Below are positions 1-9,122 of a DNA stretch of 58,913 nt, one piece after another (position 1 is the stretch's first letter; each line of letters starts with the position of its first letter). The notes under the pieces are model-generated. The model was not told where the DNA came from. It saw only the letters and a list, made by a program, of their open reading frames with translations, and did no database searches. Where the stretch lies: assembly GCA_021847435.1 (NCBI GenBank), contig JAJZRC010000001.1, positions 1 through 58,913 on the forward strand, in the 5' to 3' direction. Source of the stretch: a bacterium (lineage in GTDB: Bacteria; Patescibacteriota; Doudnabacteria; UBA920). Both the position numbers and the translations under genes were made by a program.

Positions 1-140
1 AAGCTAAATTTAAAATGGTTTTGATAATCCTCAAGCCAATTTCCAGAATATCTGAATAGCTTATCATAAATGTACCCTAATAAATTTGGAATAAATATAA
101 GGAGAATGGATATTAAAAGAAACTTTTTATTGGTACTCAT
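1..140 (-). CDS. 5' end of a membrane-protein gene running off the left edge (partial)
   Basis: ATG at 140..138 (minus) gives MSTNKKFLLISILLIFIPNLLGYIYDKLFRYSGNW..., a hydrophobic N-terminal helix. The frame stays open to position 1. Absent from the ORF track because it is truncated. Confidence 0.35.
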   Translation of the reverse strand, partial: MSTNKKFLLISILLIFIPNLLGYIYDKLFRYSGNWLEDYQNHFKFS

Positions 141-145
141 ATTGA

Positions 146-3100
146 TTATTTAATATTTATTTTAATCGTACCTTTATTGGTACTTACTTGCAAAAACTTT
201 ATCCCCTCTTGGGCGTATACTTTAGGCAACTGGCCTTTTTGGTTATCAACTATTGTTGTTTTGTTCGCATTTGGGTTATAGTTTGCGGCCAGTATCTGCT
301 GTTTTTTTATTAGTCCTGCTTGGCGGAAATGTTTCAGCTGCCCCTTGTTTTCCGCATGAACCAATGTAAAAATGTTTTCAGGAAACACTGTTTCGGATAT
401 ATTATATTTGACATTTTTCAATACCAGAGAATAACTGCCCGAAGTCCTAGGCCTAGCGAACGATAAAACAGTTATATTATTAGCTTCATCGGTTGCGGAA
501 CATTGATTAATGGAGCAATTAATTTGAGGGTTTGCGGTCAAATTATCGCTAGCAGTATAAACAAAGTCTCTTGTCGTCATGTCATACACCACATTGATTT
601 CTGGTGGAGTTTTATCAATCGTAAATGCCAAGGTCTTTATTTCTTCGTTATTTCCAGTTTTATCAACTGCGTAAAACGCAATCGTGTAAGCCCCCTCTTC
701 ACTAATTGTGATCGGTTCATTGTAGTCCGCATATTCTCCATTATTAATCTTATACTTAATTCCCAAAACACCAGAGGTTTCTGTTTCCTTACCCAAAATA
801 ACAGGATCTTGGGCGATTAATACCACAGACACACTGCTTCTATAGTAACCTGACTGACCTTCTGCTACGGTTATTGTTGAAGTGGAGACTGGCGGAATTA
901 AATCTAAAGCATCTTCCGCACTTAAGACTGCAGACGGATTTATTATTTTTTCAAAAGTTCCGTCACCTTCCATGTCTAAATTAAGCACATCAGATTCACC
1001 TAAATTTAGATTTCCAATCAAACTAGTGGTGACAGGCAAATTACTGAATACTTGCGACCGGACCGCTGCGTCTCCTTCTATGCTTTCATCAACTAATGTA
1101 AATGTCCCGTCCCCATAGCCATTTAATTCTACTTTATATATCTGTCCATCATCGGTCGGTAAAAACACATATTTGTGGTCTCCCCAAATTTCGTATTCCG
1201 CACCCGGTATGCGGTTCTGAACACTTCCGTCCTCGGCCAAACCGGAAATATTACCAAATTGGTCTGTAACAGTTATATTAACCGGGCTTTTGATTTTTAT
1301 TTGCTCTCCTTTGATTTTACAAAGCCCAGGGTTATTAATAACTTCGCTTCTGGTTAATACCTTCCCACCTGTACCCAGTTGAGTACCAATAATTAGGCTT
1401 GCTATTTGCTGGCGCGCTCCATCTGCACTTAAAAGACTGCTGTGCGATATCTTGGGAACAAAATAAGTCTTATTTGCGTCCACCGCTAAACTGTCCGCAC
1501 TTACAAAAGGCACTGTACCGTCGCCATTGGTAATTTTTGGGAAATCAAAGGTTGGAGCAGAATCCTTGTTTATATATTTGGCAAAATTACCAAATGTGCC
1601 GCTTTTACAACCCACAATGGAGTACAAATCTATTCCTTTTGACCTTAAGTCAAAATTATCAAATTCCTGGCTATGCAAGCTTTGGCTATTGCCCATTGCA
1701 GCCGTATTTATTAAACCGTCAGCTTGCATACTCAATAATGCTTCAGTATAATTTAATTCTTTTATAACATCTCCGGAAGGGGCAAAAGGATTTATTATCT
1801 TAAAAAAACTGCCTGCCTGGTTGTAATATTCCTGTGTTGGCGCCAAGTCATATACAACCGGCATATTCTGGCCGATCTTTTTCATTTCTTCAGCATTCAA
1901 GCCCGGTATATCAAAATTGTCCCCGTTTATAAGCGTTTTAAACGCTTTGGGAGCGCCCAAATTGGGCACGCCAACAAACACTGCTTTGTTTATATGGTGA
2001 TCGGAAGGGTGTTCTAGAACGTATTCTTTAATCAGCAGTCCGCCTGTACTATGGGCAATAATATCTACTTTTCCCACTGCTCTGCCGGCATCGGTTTGAT
2101 TTAAAATATAATCAATTTGACCCTTAAGCTGATCCACAACTGTGCTGCCATCATCAAACTTACCGTTTACACCGTAACGCCAGTCATAGGGAAAAGTGAA
2201 TAAGTCTTTTCCCTCAATATAACCAAAATCTGAAAGAGTTAATTGATTTATAAGCCCCTTACTATAGTCAGAATGAAATATGCCGAGCTGTTTTTCTCTA
2301 ATTACTTGACCCATATCCAGATTAATATCTACAGGTTTTAAATCTCTACTAAACGACAAAGGATCCATAAAATCATCACTGGAATAAGCCATTTTTGGAT
2401 TTGCCCACAAAATTTCCCCCTCTTTCAAAATATCTGTACCTAACACCCCAGGCACAATCAACACCGGGGTTTTGGGTTTTACGCTCTGGAAATTCGGGTC
2501 TTTAGCCAAAACCGCAGGTGAAAAAATCGCGTTTTCAAAATACTGAACAGATCCAGGATAACCAATATACGAGAAAAACCCAACGCTGATAATCGGGTCC
2601 GCAAATGCCAAATTTATATACTGGTTGTCAAACGGCAGGAACTCGCCAGTGTCGTCATTGTGAGCTTCCCAGGTGTAATACAAAAAGTTGCCGCTTGAAT
2701 CCTTCACTTCCTTGGCCTTGAACATTACGTTTTGGGTTGGCAAATCCCGATAAAACAGCTCGCCTTTGGAACTCCACGAAATGGGATAAACCAAATTGCA
2801 ATAGTCGTCATAACGGCGATAAGTGAACGGCGCGCCATAGCCCGACAAGCCCTTAAAATGAAACCTAACCAGTCCGTCCGCGGGATCATAATCGTATGTA
2901 GGAAGCGGGATGCCCGCAGCGGCATATTCCGGCGTGGCATAGCCCAAATCACATATCTGCTGTTTGGGCTTTATGTAAGGCTCTTTATCCGCGATTTCAA
3001 TGTAAGGCTCGTAATCCTCATAACCAGTTCCCGATTCGCCCGCATACTGAATATGCCCCATGCCATAGTTTGCCAGAATATTCCCTTTGGCAGACTCAAT

Positions 3101-3532
3101 TTTGATACCATACCACCCACCTCCAAGGCCGTCAAAACGAAGCCCGCGCAAAGCCCGGCAATTAACATCAGGGAAATCAAACTGGAAAGTTTTAAAGACT
3201 TCCGTATCCAAATCCGCGGCTTTCAGGCTCTGGCTGCTCTTTATGTCCGTGGCATTACTGGGGTCATCGCACCACAAAATCAAGCGGCCCGGGTCGGCAA
3301 TCGCGCCGTCCCTGGCCAAAGAAAGTTTAACCGAGCCGATTACCCGCCCCTCAGGCACGGCAAACGCATACAAGCCGTTAAAGTTGGTTAAAATCCCCGC
3401 GCTCATATTGTACCTGGTCACCTGCGCGCAACCGCTGACACTGTCGCAAAAGTAACCGTAGCCAAAAGGATTATTCAGCCAATAGCCCTGCTTTGCAGCC
3501 TGCTGAAAGATTATAGCCGCCCTGGCCGGCAC
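146..3532 (-). CDS. large secreted multidomain protein with a central alpha/beta-hydrolase (lipase/LCAT/PGAP1-like) domain and C-terminal Ig-like beta-sandwich modules
   Basis: 1128-aa ORF. Nucleophile-elbow motif IIAHSTGGLL sits in a lipase-like context (VLIVPGVLGT ... PYDWRY). C-terminal segments such as YTIAFYAVDKTGNNEE..IDKTPPEI are typical of Ig-like surface modules. The track start is GTG; a signal-peptide mini-ORF lies just upstream in another frame. Confidence 0.75.
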   Translation of the reverse strand: MPARAAIIFQQAAKQGYWLNNPFGYGYFCDSVSGCAQVTRYNMSAGILTNFNGLYAFAVPEGRVIGSVKLSLARDGAIADPGRLILWCDDPSNATDIKSSQSLKAADLDTEVFKTFQFDFPDVNCRALRGLRFDGLGGGWYGIKIESAKGNILANYGMGHIQYAGESGTGYEDYEPYIEIADKEPYIKPKQQICDLGYATPEYAAAGIPLPTYDYDPADGLVRFHFKGLSGYGAPFTYRRYDDYCNLVYPISWSSKGELFYRDLPTQNVMFKAKEVKDSSGNFLYYTWEAHNDDTGEFLPFDNQYINLAFADPIISVGFFSYIGYPGSVQYFENAIFSPAVLAKDPNFQSVKPKTPVLIVPGVLGTDILKEGEILWANPKMAYSSDDFMDPLSFSRDLKPVDINLDMGQVIREKQLGIFHSDYSKGLINQLTLSDFGYIEGKDLFTFPYDWRYGVNGKFDDGSTVVDQLKGQIDYILNQTDAGRAVGKVDIIAHSTGGLLIKEYVLEHPSDHHINKAVFVGVPNLGAPKAFKTLINGDNFDIPGLNAEEMKKIGQNMPVVYDLAPTQEYYNQAGSFFKIINPFAPSGDVIKELNYTEALLSMQADGLINTAAMGNSQSLHSQEFDNFDLRSKGIDLYSIVGCKSGTFGNFAKYINKDSAPTFDFPKITNGDGTVPFVSADSLAVDANKTYFVPKISHSSLLSADGARQQIASLIIGTQLGTGGKVLTRSEVINNPGLCKIKGEQIKIKSPVNITVTDQFGNISGLAEDGSVQNRIPGAEYEIWGDHKYVFLPTDDGQIYKVELNGYGDGTFTLVDESIEGDAAVRSQVFSNLPVTTSLIGNLNLGESDVLNLDMEGDGTFEKIINPSAVLSAEDALDLIPPVSTSTITVAEGQSGYYRSSVSVVLIAQDPVILGKETETSGVLGIKYKINNGEYADYNEPITISEEGAYTIAFYAVDKTGNNEEIKTLAFTIDKTPPEINVVYDMTTRDFVYTASDNLTANPQINCSINQCSATDEANNITVLSFARPRTSGSYSLVLKNVKYNISETVFPENIFTLVHAENKGQLKHFRQAGLIKKQQILAANYNPNANKTTIVDNQKGQLPKVYAQEGIKFLQVSTNKGTIKINIK

Positions 3533-3781
3533 AGGGCTCTAAATCCCGCCCCCAGGGCCAGCAACCCCAAAATAAGCAATAATTTTTTCATAAACCTTAA
3601 AATTAACTCTTTGCCCCAGCATAGCACTTTTAAAATACCTGTCAAACAAGGGAGTTTTTCCGCCCCTTTGCGTTACTCTCCTTCACGGCCGTGAAGGAAG
3701 TTTATACGCGTACGGAAACGGCTGGCAAATATCCACTGAACAAGAACTCCCCATGCCTTCCCGGCAGGGGAGTTTTATAGT

Positions 3782-6004
3782 TTACTGTTTGGGCAGCGAA
3801 TCTATGAGCTTTTGCATTTCTGTTTTTTGGCTGGGGTCCGCCTTGATTATTTTTTCTGCCAGGTCCAAAGCCTTGGCATATTCCTTGTTCATAGCAAACA
3901 GCTTGGCCATGTCCGTAAATATCGCCGCATTATTAGGCTCAAGCTTCGCGCTCTTTTCCACGAGCGACAATGCCTTTTGCACCTGATTTGTTGAAGCGTA
4001 ATAGTCAGCCAGCCATCTGGTTTCCGAATAACCTCCCGGCGCGTAGTTTAAAGCAAAAGCCTGTTCCATCAGCTCCGCGGCCCGCGGCAGTTTGTTCTGC
4101 ATGCGGTAAAGCGCGGCCATTTGGGTCCTGGGCACGGGATCATCCGGGTATTTTTCCATTAAATCGCGGACTATCCCCATGGCTTCCGGCAAACGGTTCT
4201 GCATAGCCCGAATTTGCACCAGGTTAAAATACGGCTCTTCCCGGTTGGGCGCCAAATCAATAGCCTTTTGCGCGTATTCCTCGGCCAAGGGGCTTAAGCC
4301 GGTCTGGCCGCTCTTTAAAATGTACAAGCCTGAAAGCCGCTGCCAGGTAATGGCATAGTTGTCCTGCTGCTGTGCGGCACTTTCAGAAAAACTTATTGCC
4401 TGGTCAATCACCTTGCCGGCTACGGCCTGATTTTGAGAAGTTGCGGAACGAGCGGCAGAATTGGCAAAATCGGCAAACCGGTTGGCGCTTTCCGTCTTGT
4501 CAAAATTAAATGGCAGCTCTGCCATCATTTCAAAATAATTCAGGCCCTTGGCAATATCTACGCTGCCATACGCGTAGCCGTAGTTTACGTACTTGGCCGC
4601 GCGCATTGGAACGGCATTGGCCGCGTACACAACATACAAAACAATCAAGCCTGCCACGCCCGCGGCGGCACCGGCCAGAACGCCATCCGTTCCGCCATGA
4701 ATAAACTTTTGTTTGCCCTTGCCGGGAGCTTCTTCCCGGCTGATATGCCACACATAACCGGCAAAACCCAAAAACACATAGTAGGTCAAGCTGGAAGAGA
4801 CGTTATCAAACACGGTCAGGTTCTGGATTTGGTAAGCAATAATAGCCGCGGTCAGCAGCGAGTATTCGGCAAGGCCGTAAAAGCCCGCTTTAAAGCCGCG
4901 GTATAATGCCCATAAAGTCAGGGCGAAAATTGCCAAATACAGACCCAAACCCAAAACGCCGGTCGTCACCAGGACTTCCAGCCAGTAATTGTGCGGCTTG
5001 TCAAACCAGCTGCGGTCAAACTTGGCGATTTCCGGATTATGGTAAAAATTTGCCACTAAATAATAATCTTCCGGCCCGGTGCCCAAAAGCGGCCGGTCTT
5101 TAAACCCTCTCAGCGCCACCTGCCACTGGATGATGCGGGCTTCGGTATTGGAATCTTTCAGCCTAAAAAGCCTTTGCAGAGTGGAACCTTGCGGCAAGCG
5201 GCTGCTGTTGGCAAATAACAGCGCCGCTATAATTGCCAGCACCCCCACGGCCGCAAAACCGTAAATCTTAATTTTGCGGGATCGGGACAAAAACAAATAC
5301 AAGACCAGGGCAATAAAGGCGCCCGCCAGCACCCCCACGGCCGCGCCGCGCGTACCGCTCAAAAAGCCCGCCCAGAAAAAAACCAAACCCAAAACTCCCC
5401 AGCCGATTCTGCCGGCGCGGCTTTCGGCCTGCAGGGCAAAAAACCAGCTTAAAAACATGGGGATAATAACAAAGTTGCCCAAATAGATAGGATTGCCCAA
5501 AGTGGAAGACACACGCACCGGCAAAGAAGGGTCCTGGATTAAAATCGGCATCCCCAGCCAGCCGAACACGCCGTTGATGGCCACCACTGCCGAAATCCAT
5601 AAAAACACCTTCATGGAACGCTGGAAAAATTTGCCGGGCATTTGCCCCAGCGCGACAACATAAAAATACAGCAGCGCCAAGTGCAGCAAATAAAAAGTCC
5701 CGCCCATGCGTTCAAAGTTGCCCCACAGGCTGCGCACCGGACTGACTCCCGTAAACGAGGCAACCAGGTTCCACAGCCAAAAAACAGCCACCAAAATATG
5801 CAGCGGGTTTTTGAGGTTGGGGCGCAGGCTTTTGTCTGCCACCAAAAAATAAACATAAAACGGCAAGGCCAGCTCCAGGCAGATGCGGAAAAAAAAGGCC
5901 TTGCTGGTCACATAAGGGAACAACAGGTCCTTAAACACCCACCAGGAAGCGGTGAGCGAAAGCATGACCAGGGTAAAAAAAGTCCACTGAACAAATTTTT
6001 TCAT
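3782..6004 (-). CDS. O-antigen-ligase-like (Wzy_C/PglL-type) polytopic membrane protein fused to C-terminal TPR repeats
   Basis: 740 aa. The N-terminal ~430 aa form about 10+ hydrophobic helices with the ligase-like loop (LSGTRGA ... GTGPEDYY ... FDKPHNYWLEVL). The C-terminal ~300 aa are TPR-like. Paralog of 6800..9028. Confidence 0.8.
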   Translation of the reverse strand: MKKFVQWTFFTLVMLSLTASWWVFKDLLFPYVTSKAFFFRICLELALPFYVYFLVADKSLRPNLKNPLHILVAVFWLWNLVASFTGVSPVRSLWGNFERMGGTFYLLHLALLYFYVVALGQMPGKFFQRSMKVFLWISAVVAINGVFGWLGMPILIQDPSLPVRVSSTLGNPIYLGNFVIIPMFLSWFFALQAESRAGRIGWGVLGLVFFWAGFLSGTRGAAVGVLAGAFIALVLYLFLSRSRKIKIYGFAAVGVLAIIAALLFANSSRLPQGSTLQRLFRLKDSNTEARIIQWQVALRGFKDRPLLGTGPEDYYLVANFYHNPEIAKFDRSWFDKPHNYWLEVLVTTGVLGLGLYLAIFALTLWALYRGFKAGFYGLAEYSLLTAAIIAYQIQNLTVFDNVSSSLTYYVFLGFAGYVWHISREEAPGKGKQKFIHGGTDGVLAGAAAGVAGLIVLYVVYAANAVPMRAAKYVNYGYAYGSVDIAKGLNYFEMMAELPFNFDKTESANRFADFANSAARSATSQNQAVAGKVIDQAISFSESAAQQQDNYAITWQRLSGLYILKSGQTGLSPLAEEYAQKAIDLAPNREEPYFNLVQIRAMQNRLPEAMGIVRDLMEKYPDDPVPRTQMAALYRMQNKLPRAAELMEQAFALNYAPGGYSETRWLADYYASTNQVQKALSLVEKSAKLEPNNAAIFTDMAKLFAMNKEYAKALDLAEKIIKADPSQKTEMQKLIDSLPKQ

Positions 6005-6103
6005 TGCTGCTTATATTTATCTACCCCTAATCATACCATAATCATAATGATTATATTAATCCTTCACGCCAGTTCAATTTCAAGCCGGCAGTTTACCAAC
6101 GGG

Positions 6104-6796
6104 CTATTTTCTGTTTAGAAGGTTTTGCAACCGCTCATATTCTTCGCGGAATGCGGGGTTTTGAGGCTGTTGCTTAAGCGCTTCCCGCCATAAATCCATT
6201 GCCACTTTCAAATTCCCCTGCTCCTCCTCAAAACGCGCGTACAGCACCAATATTTCCGCATGCCCTCCGGTTTTATTAAGAGCCTCAAGATATAAAGAAT
6301 TCATCCGTTCCGCACTAAGATTCCCGTACAACTTCTTGAATGTAATAAGCCTGCGCCACAAATCTGGCACTCTCGGCGCGATTTCCGTAGCTTTGACAAT
6401 TGCTTTGCCGGCTTCTTCATACTTCTTTCTCTCCACCAAAACTTCATGCAAGGCTACCCACCCGGCAGGGTTATCGGGCATTATTTCCTCAGCCGACCGA
6501 TACGACCGCTCAGCATCCGCCAGTCGCCCCAAACCGTACTGCTGGGCCCCTGCCTGCATAAAAGCATCGAAAAGTTCGGGCTTGTTTTGACTGCCTTGCT
6601 TTTGAAGCTCTTTGATTCTCTGTTCAGCCGCCAAAAGACGCTGCTCGTAGCGCTGCCTTTCTTCTTTCGCCAACTGTCTTGGCACTGTTACCCGTTCCAA
6701 CCTTTGCCATAAATAAACGCCCGCCAAAGCCGAGGCGGCGATAAAAATAATTAACAGTGTAATTATAACTTTTTTGCTTAAATGAATTTTTGTCAT
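6104..6796 (-). CDS. membrane-anchored TPR-repeat protein
   Basis: 230 aa with an N-terminal TM helix (IITLLIIFIAASALAGVYLW) followed by TPR-like A/E/L-rich repeats. Lies between the two ligase-like paralogs. Confidence 0.75.
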   Translation of the reverse strand: MTKIHLSKKVIITLLIIFIAASALAGVYLWQRLERVTVPRQLAKEERQRYEQRLLAAEQRIKELQKQGSQNKPELFDAFMQAGAQQYGLGRLADAERSYRSAEEIMPDNPAGWVALHEVLVERKKYEEAGKAIVKATEIAPRVPDLWRRLITFKKLYGNLSAERMNSLYLEALNKTGGHAEILVLYARFEEEQGNLKVAMDLWREALKQQPQNPAFREEYERLQNLLNRK

Positions 6797-6799
6797 ATT

Positions 6800-9028
6800 T
6801 TACAAACTATTTATAAAAGCATTAACGTCACTTTCCGATTCGGGACTGAAATCCAAAATTTGCTTTGCCGTTTCAATTGCCTCGTTTTTCTGCCTGTTTG
6901 CCGCGTAAGATGCCGCCAGCCGAGTATACCAGTCTATATTTCTTGAATCAACTTTTATCATCCGTTTCAACAACTCAATAAGTTTAGGGTAGTCTTTCTT
7001 CTCCACATACTGGTCGTACAGCCATAGCGCCTCCTGCGGGAGTTTGAGCTGATAACCATCATCAAATGCTTCCTCGGCGAGCTTCACTGCTTCAGGTACT
7101 TTGCCGGTTTTTTTGTACATCTGGGCTACGCGCCACTTACTGTCAGGGATATTCGGGGCCATATGGTATGCTTGTTCAATTATGGCATTCGCCTCGTCTC
7201 TTTTCCCTTGCCGATAATAAAATTCAGCAAGCACGTAGCGCGGTTCAACGCGATTTGGCGCCAATTCCATTGCCCTGCGTACCGCTGTTTCCGCTTTGGG
7301 ATCAGGCCGGCTTTGGTTAAAGCTTGCTTTTTTTAAATATAAGTCAGCCAGGTTACTCAAAAAAACCGGGTTATCATTTTTTTTATTCGCAACCTCTCCT
7401 AAATAAATGATGGCGTCATCAATAACTCGATTTATAAATTCCTTATCAGACTTGCCCTCGGAAGAAGCAATCACCATCTTAGCGGCAAAATTCGAAAACC
7501 GCACCGCTACCTGACCCCTGTCAAACACAAAAGGATGATTCCTAACCTTCAAATAATTATCATAAGCGGTTTTTGGGTCGCGAATATCGGCCGCGTTGGC
7601 AATATTCAAATCTGTAAGCACCCTGCCGATACCTAACACTGTCACGTACACGCTATAAATTACCACGACCAAAAGAGTCGTTACTACTAGCAAAGCAAGG
7701 CCTTGCGGCCGAACCTTGGCTTTTTCTGCCTTGCCTGTTGAACTTTCTGCCCACAGATACCCTGCAAAGCCGGTAAACGCGAAAAATGCCAGACTGGAAG
7801 AGATTGTTTCGAACAAAAACAAGCTCTGCACATGATACGCGACAAGTGCCCCTACAAGCAGGCAAAACTCCCCCCAGCTTAAAAGCTCTGCTTTGTATGC
7901 CCTCCAAAAAGCGGCGGCCGTAAACCACGCCAAAGCAACAAATACCAATGTTCCCACTATGCCGGTGGTAGCCAAAATTTCCAGCCAGTAGTTATGGGGC
8001 TTGTCAAACCAACCCCTGTCATATTGGTAGAGTTCTGCCGGCTGGTACTTGTTTGCGATAATGTAGTAATTTTCCGGCCCTGTGCCTAAAAGCGGTCGCT
8101 CAGTAATGCCCCGAGCTGCCATCCCCCACTGGATTAACCTGCTCTTGCTGTTACTGTCCTGCAAATTAAAAATACGCTTTAGCGCCCAGCCTTCCGGCAG
8201 GCGTTCATAATTTACCGCAACCAACGTAAGAAAAACAAGTAAAATCGCAGAACCAAAAATTCCCCATTTTTTTATCTTGCTTTTCGCTTTGTACAGATAG
8301 AGCGCTGCGCCAAATAAAAACCCGAAAACCAGCCCCACAAATGCTCCGCGGGTCACGCTGATATATATCCCTATCAAGCAAAGCAGTGAGATTGCATAGT
8401 AAAAGAACTTCTTCTTTCCGGCTTCCTGCAATCCCAAAAACACGCTTAATGATAACGGCAGCATGAGAAAACTGGCAAAAAAGATGGGGTTGCCGAACGA
8501 ACTGGAAACGCGGTCTGGCAATGCGAAATCAGGATTATAGCCGGTCAAACCCGCTTTCTGCCAAAGTCCGTAAAACACCGTGAAAGCCGAAACCAACAGA
8601 CCAACCTGCAAGAATCGCTGCAAGTAGGCGCCGTTTAATTTAGCAAGCAACAAAACATAAAAATATAACAGGGTTAGATGACCCAAATGCCATACCCCTC
8701 CCATACGTTCGTAGTCGCCCCAAAAGCTATGGCTAAAATTAACCCCCACCAGGCTGCTTAACAAATTTACTGCAAAAAAGGCCAAAAGAGCGGCATTAAG
8801 AGGGCTTTTTAAATTTGGTCGCAAACTTTTGTCGGCAATCAGCAGAAAAACATATAACGGAAGCATTAATTCAACCACCGCGCGGAAAAACAAGGCTTTA
8901 GGCGTCACATAAGGAAATAAGTAAGCATTGGAATAAAGCACCGGCACCAGCCACAGGGTACATAATAAAACAAAAAAAAGTTTGCCTGCGTTTTTGACGT
9001 TCATAACAATCATTATACCAAAAATCAC
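6800..9028 (-). CDS. O-antigen-ligase-like polytopic membrane protein with C-terminal TPR repeats (paralog)
   Basis: 742 aa with the same architecture and shared motifs as 3782..6004 (ADKSLRPNLK, ERMGG, GTGPENYY, FDKPHNYWLE). The true start may be the internal MNVKNAGK at about 9004. Confidence 0.8.
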   Translation of the reverse strand: MIFGIMIVMNVKNAGKLFFVLLCTLWLVPVLYSNAYLFPYVTPKALFFRAVVELMLPLYVFLLIADKSLRPNLKSPLNAALLAFFAVNLLSSLVGVNFSHSFWGDYERMGGVWHLGHLTLLYFYVLLLAKLNGAYLQRFLQVGLLVSAFTVFYGLWQKAGLTGYNPDFALPDRVSSSFGNPIFFASFLMLPLSLSVFLGLQEAGKKKFFYYAISLLCLIGIYISVTRGAFVGLVFGFLFGAALYLYKAKSKIKKWGIFGSAILLVFLTLVAVNYERLPEGWALKRIFNLQDSNSKSRLIQWGMAARGITERPLLGTGPENYYIIANKYQPAELYQYDRGWFDKPHNYWLEILATTGIVGTLVFVALAWFTAAAFWRAYKAELLSWGEFCLLVGALVAYHVQSLFLFETISSSLAFFAFTGFAGYLWAESSTGKAEKAKVRPQGLALLVVTTLLVVVIYSVYVTVLGIGRVLTDLNIANAADIRDPKTAYDNYLKVRNHPFVFDRGQVAVRFSNFAAKMVIASSEGKSDKEFINRVIDDAIIYLGEVANKKNDNPVFLSNLADLYLKKASFNQSRPDPKAETAVRRAMELAPNRVEPRYVLAEFYYRQGKRDEANAIIEQAYHMAPNIPDSKWRVAQMYKKTGKVPEAVKLAEEAFDDGYQLKLPQEALWLYDQYVEKKDYPKLIELLKRMIKVDSRNIDWYTRLAASYAANRQKNEAIETAKQILDFSPESESDVNAFINSL

Positions 9029-9122
9029 CTGCCATAAACAAACCCCGCCCTTTCTTAAGAAAGGGCGGGGCTGTCTTTTAGGTTTACGGTACCCAAAAGG
9101 AACCGTTAGAACCTACAACTTA

